From Camelus ferus (Eukaryota): a stretch of DNA of 64,000 nt. The DNA lies in the NCBI RefSeq assembly GCF_009834535.1, contig NC_045711.1:25978001-26042000 (forward strand), written 5' to 3'. Below, one piece after another: positions 61,276 to 64,000 of the stretch. A program made the translations under genes and the position numbers. The notes beneath the pieces are model-generated. The model had not been told where the DNA came from and ran no database searches. It saw only the letters and a program-made list of their open reading frames with translations. Numbering within the stretch: position 1 is the first letter of the stretch; every line of letters starts with the position of its first letter.

Positions 61276-62099
61276 TCCCACTGCCATTTTTGTTTTCACA
61301 TAGGAATTAAGTTCTGGATGATGGTTGAGACAGCTGGAGTGGAAGCAACGCTTTGGATCATGTATCTTGGCCACTGTCCCCAGAGTCCTCATATCAAAGG
61401 ATACATGGAGGGCAAGTAAGGTCCTTCTGCTCGACGAGCACACATTGGCGCTTTCGCTTTGGGTCTGAGTGTCTGGATGATGCTTAGTCTCCCCCATGAA
61501 GACTGGGTTACAAGTGGCAAGAATCCACCAGGGACAGCCTCTAGCCGAGCAGCTGCTGCAGCTGGGAGGGAAGAGGGCCACCCCCGGCCCTGGTGTGCAC
61601 AGCCCCGCTGGTATCTGCCTCTCCGGGCCCCTGGCCAGTCCCAGCCTGACACCATCCAGCTCAGCCTGGCTGGCTCCTCCGCAGCCAGTTCTGGGAGGAG
61701 GTATGGATGGAGGTTGGGGAAGCAGTGGTGGGGAAGCAGGGGCCCCGCCCATTGCTCCCCACTGCCACCCCACTTGCTGGCAAGGTGAGGGCCGTGGCGT
61801 TCGCCCTGCTCTGCCCCTAGTTGGTCCCAGGTTACAGCCTGGGGGCTCACCCTCCCACTGAGTCTGGGTGCTAAGAGTGAAGCATCGCTTGCACCTGCTT
61901 TTCTGTTCACCCTGCACGGTTGCCCACCCAGCCGCCCACGTAGGAGGAGCTCCCCTGTGAGCAGAGTCCCCTCCCAGGGCAGGCCCACAGGGACCCGGGT
62001 GCAGCGCGGAGGCTCCCTGTAGGAGGCATGGCTGCTTTTGGATCCCGGGATCTCACTGCTGTGCCGGAGAGGACAGCCCCTCGGCTTTGCAGCTGCAGA

Positions 62100-62225
62100 T
62101 CCTTGGACTCGAATCTGACTCAGCTACGGTGGGGTTTTGTCGACTTCAGGCAATTTAGGCAAGCATCAGTTTCCTCATCTCGTAAGTGGGAGTAGCCAAC
62201 AGGCCTTGTAAGACTGTTGCAAATA
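62100..62225 (+). mobile_element. MIR SINE fragment
   Basis: 'ggcaagcatcagtttcctcatctcgtaagtggga'. Confidence 0.6.
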
Positions 62226-62482
62226 CAAAACTGAATCTTGTTTGCAAAGTCTCTAGTTGAAATCTTGGTAAGTGGGAGCTGCTCAAAGTGTCCACTCCTT
62301 TGGACTCCCTTCTTCAGAGGCTCAAAGAGCACCTCTGTCTTCTGGTCGACCTGTGGCTCGTTTCTTCCCTCTGCCTGCCTCTCTCTTTCCTTCTCCCTCC
62401 TTGCTCCGTGAGTTACCCTCATATTGTACAGCCTTTGCATTTCTCATGGATTTCACTGAACAGTAAAGTTTTGCAGCTATTT

Positions 62483-62735
62483 TCATTTGCTTATCCAACA
62501 AATATTCATCAGCTGGTTACTCTGCAGCAGGCCGTGTGCTGGGCACTGTGGTTACACCTGTGAGAAAGATAGATGTGCATCCTGCCCACGAAGAAATTGT
62601 AATCTGGTGAGGATAACCCCTGTTAGACAAGCCATTTTAATACTGAACAGAGTTTGCATCACTGAGCACGAGGCTGTAAGTCTGGTCCAGGCAATCAGGA
62701 AAGACTTCCCTGAGGAGGCGGCATCTGAGGGGAGT
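62483..62735 (-). mobile_element. L2 LINE 3' fragment
   Basis: 'tccaacaaatattcatc...ggccgtgtgctgggcactgtgg' and 'caggaaagacttccctgaggaggcggcatctgag'. Confidence 0.8.
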
Positions 62736-64000
62736 CATATGCCAAGGCGCTCCCTCTAATCCACGGATGCTGTCCAGTTGCTGGCCCAAGTTTCATCATC
62801 TTTGTCAGACTCACCACCTCTGCTTGTTTATTTATCTATTCACACATCACTTTATTCCCCCAAAGGATTCCTGGCACTTACAGCTAATTCCACAAAGTAG
62901 AAGAATATAATAAAAGGTGGAGACCAAGTTAAATGGAGGATCTAAGGTCAGAGGCAAAGGCAATATGCAGGTCCTGGAGACACGGGGACCTGTGTGATGG
63001 CTGAAATTGAATCGCGCATTTAATTCTGCACATCTGAACAGCTGCTGCAAAAAGACAAACATGACCAGTTGCAAAATTCTCATTGTCCTTCATACCTCAT
63101 TTTCCAAGAAAATAAAGCTTTTATGGGATGGATCTTCACATGGCAGATGCTCAGTAAGATAGCAAGAGATGTCAGCAATTCTATCGTTTCTTGAGTGAGC
63201 TCAGTAACCGAAGTGGTGTGGATGAATCTTAAAGGGTCTCTAAATGTAGGCCAAGGGGTAATTCAGGAGCCAGCTTCAAGGCCCGGAAACACGTTATCTA
63301 ATCCAGGGCTGAAGCCCAGAATGTCTGGGCCAGTCGTTGTCAGTCCCACTGACCTCAGAACCCCCTGTGATGCTGGGGCTCCGCCCCTGCGGATTCTCGC
63401 GCTGTCCTTATGGGTAGGATTTCTGGGTCTGTACATTTCAGGAGCCCCCCCAGAAGTGTCTGATTCACAGCTGCCAATGTTGAAAAACGCTGATTTCTAT
63501 CAGGAATTCTCAAACTGGGGATCCTGGAAGAACTTCTGGGGTCTGTTCAACCTCTAGGTTCCCCACCTTGGCTATTAAAAGAGCCTAGAATGCTCCGGGT
63601 ATGAGTAGATGGCATTGTGAAGACATGGCACGCATGCCTGGATCCTCCCTTGAACCTGTCACCCAATCCAGGAGGCCCCAAGGGAGGAGGCTGGTGAGGA
63701 GGAAGCAAAGGGGTAATGCTAGCTTCAACCCCAGCCCGGAGGAATGGAGCAGACCAGCTGGACCGGGCGGAGCCTCTCTCCTGAAGCTAATCAAGCCACA
63801 GGCTTCCACACTTCCTTCTCCAGGGCTGGAGTGTCAGATCTTCTCACTGTGGTGGGAGAAGTGTGTGCTGCACACAGCCAGCAGCACCGGGGACTGAAGG
63901 GGTGGCAGCTGAAGGCAACTGAGCTTGGTGCTTGGTGCAGGGGATGAGGAGGCAGGAAGACCCCGCCCACCCAGGGCCCCATCCTGGTCCTTCCAGCGCA

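Noticed and set aside
1-64000. Prokaryotic or viral systems (operons, defence islands, prophage, intact provirus)
   Set aside because: Coding density is negligible, the repeat content is eutherian, and all retroviral traces are solo LTRs.

Overview
This is mammalian genomic DNA, most likely from a camelid (camel or alpaca), not a microbial locus. The species inference rests on three tRNA-Ala(AGC)-derived SINEs whose head and tail match the camelid vic-1-type family as I recall it. The background is ancient eutherian repeats: MIR, L2, MaLR/ERVL LTRs, hAT and Tc/mariner MITEs, and old L1 3' ends. I recognise no protein-coding gene, rRNA, functional tRNA or CRISPR array. The supplied ORFs overlap in all frames and behave like chance ORFs in moderately GC-rich DNA. 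Between the repeats are several non-repetitive blocks that retain CpGs and are rich in homeodomain, MEIS, GATA and FOX motifs. They look like conserved enhancers, so the window is probably part of a gene desert or a very large intron near a developmental gene; I cannot name the locus. The best leads are: (1) a 42-bp minisatellite in which each unit carries an E-box followed 11 bp later by a CCAAT box; (2) a recurring homeodomain+MEIS composite motif; (3) a very old amniote MIR-type tail inside a candidate enhancer; (4) a SINE with an unexplained 3' extension inside its target-site duplication; (5) a Tigger2-type MITE with an atypical interior. Five N-runs are assembly gaps. Repeat family names come from recalled consensus sequences and need RepeatMasker/Dfam confirmation. 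I found no convincing new biological system.
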